Under the pieces are notes generated by a model that was not told where the DNA came from, did not search any database, and saw only the letters and a list, made by a program, of their open reading frames with translations. From Mytilus trossulus (lineage: Eukaryota), in assembly GCF_036588685.1 (NCBI RefSeq), contig NC_086382.1:32736001-32800000 (forward strand): a stretch of 64,000 nt of DNA, given 5' to 3'. The first letter of the stretch is position 1; every line of letters begins with the position of its first letter. Positions 63,108 through 64,000 of the stretch are shown here, in pieces. Both the position numbers and the translations under genes were made by a program.

Positions 63108-63558
63108 CTTGATATAGCGAAAATGTAAAGGAGACTTTATATACTCTGGACAAGTCCGTTAAGAATTGCCGACACAGCTCTGCTCTGCAAAAGAATAGCT
63201 CTAAAATGTCAAGGATCAAGGAGAAGGAAAAAGTTAAAAATTAGGGTGTTAAGTGATTGATTCTCTGACTAGCAGTTGAGTTTATTAAGATATAAGGCTT
63301 TTTTGTCAAAAAGGAAGCACCAATGAAAGCATATAACTTCCAATGACTTTTCCGTTATTTCCCGTTCTATAGTACTAATTGAAATCCAATAAAAATAAGA
63401 TATTGTTAAATTTTTAGCCTCCAGTAATTATATTTGTCATTATCGGTTCAGTATTTATCAGAAGAAAAAAAAATCTTGAAAATATTTAAGCTTGATTTTT
63501 TAAAGTATATAGTACACAATCAAAAAGGGGAAAGGAATGAAAGGAAACACGCTGTAAT

Positions 63559-63825
63559 ACTTACAAGTCTACAAGTCTAAAGCTGTCCTGGCAAGGGTTT
63601 CTGGAGTTTTTATACTATATTAATGGACACCGATTAGTTTACTGTAATCTGATTGGCTGATCACTGTCATTGTCGGTTTTTGGAAAGCGATGATACTAAT
63701 ACCATGGCCAGATTATTCAACGGGGTGCTAATTATCTCCAGATATTGATGCTTCTGCTGGCACTCAATCACTGATCATATAACTTCCAAATATTAGTATG
63801 CAATCGTGTATTATTATGTACTCTG
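63559..63825 (-). promoter_or_regulatory. Mhc-B core promoter and short non-coding first exon
   Basis: Minus-strand CCAAT (~63652-63656), TATAAAAA (~63607-63614) and donor GTAAG (~63560-63564). Conserved with the A promoter. Confidence 0.72.
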
Positions 63826-64000
63826 GTTGTTGCAATTTTTGGGGATGTAATTTGTTTTCATGTATTCCACTTCTCAGTAAATTATGGATTTAGATTTTTT
63901 TTTTTTTATTAATTATTGTACACTTTTTATGTATCAAAATAAAATAACTTGAAATAAATTCGTATTTTGCATAAGAAATATATACTACTAAGAAAATATA

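Overview
AT-rich animal genomic DNA. A bivalve mollusc, probably a Mytilus-like mussel, is inferred from the myosin sequence and the repeat landscape. (1) 1-4354 is a near full-length Penelope-like retroelement of the Naiad type (N-terminal GIY-YIG endonuclease, CxC linker, RT, flanking pseudo-LTRs). Its ORF (ATG 702 to TAA 3709) has four in-frame TGA codons, each at an expected Cys position, and a canonical SECIS hairpin follows the stop. The family therefore most likely encodes a selenoprotein. This copy is inactivated by one TAA and one frameshift. (2) Two intact, tandem, minus-strand muscle myosin II heavy chain genes: A (ATG 35751) and B (ATG 63107). They share 24 core coding exons, equal in length except the last, plus conserved promoters, conserved alternative tailpiece exons and an apparent ~3 kb gene-conversion tract. 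(3) A dense repeat landscape: a 5.5 kb TTAA/TIR DNA transposon with nested insertions, Helentron-like elements, MITEs, a 101-bp satellite grown from a dispersed repeat, a 60-bp array that amplifies a splice donor, and a minimal hammerhead ribozyme in an intron of gene B. All coordinates and translations were read by eye; no database searches were run.
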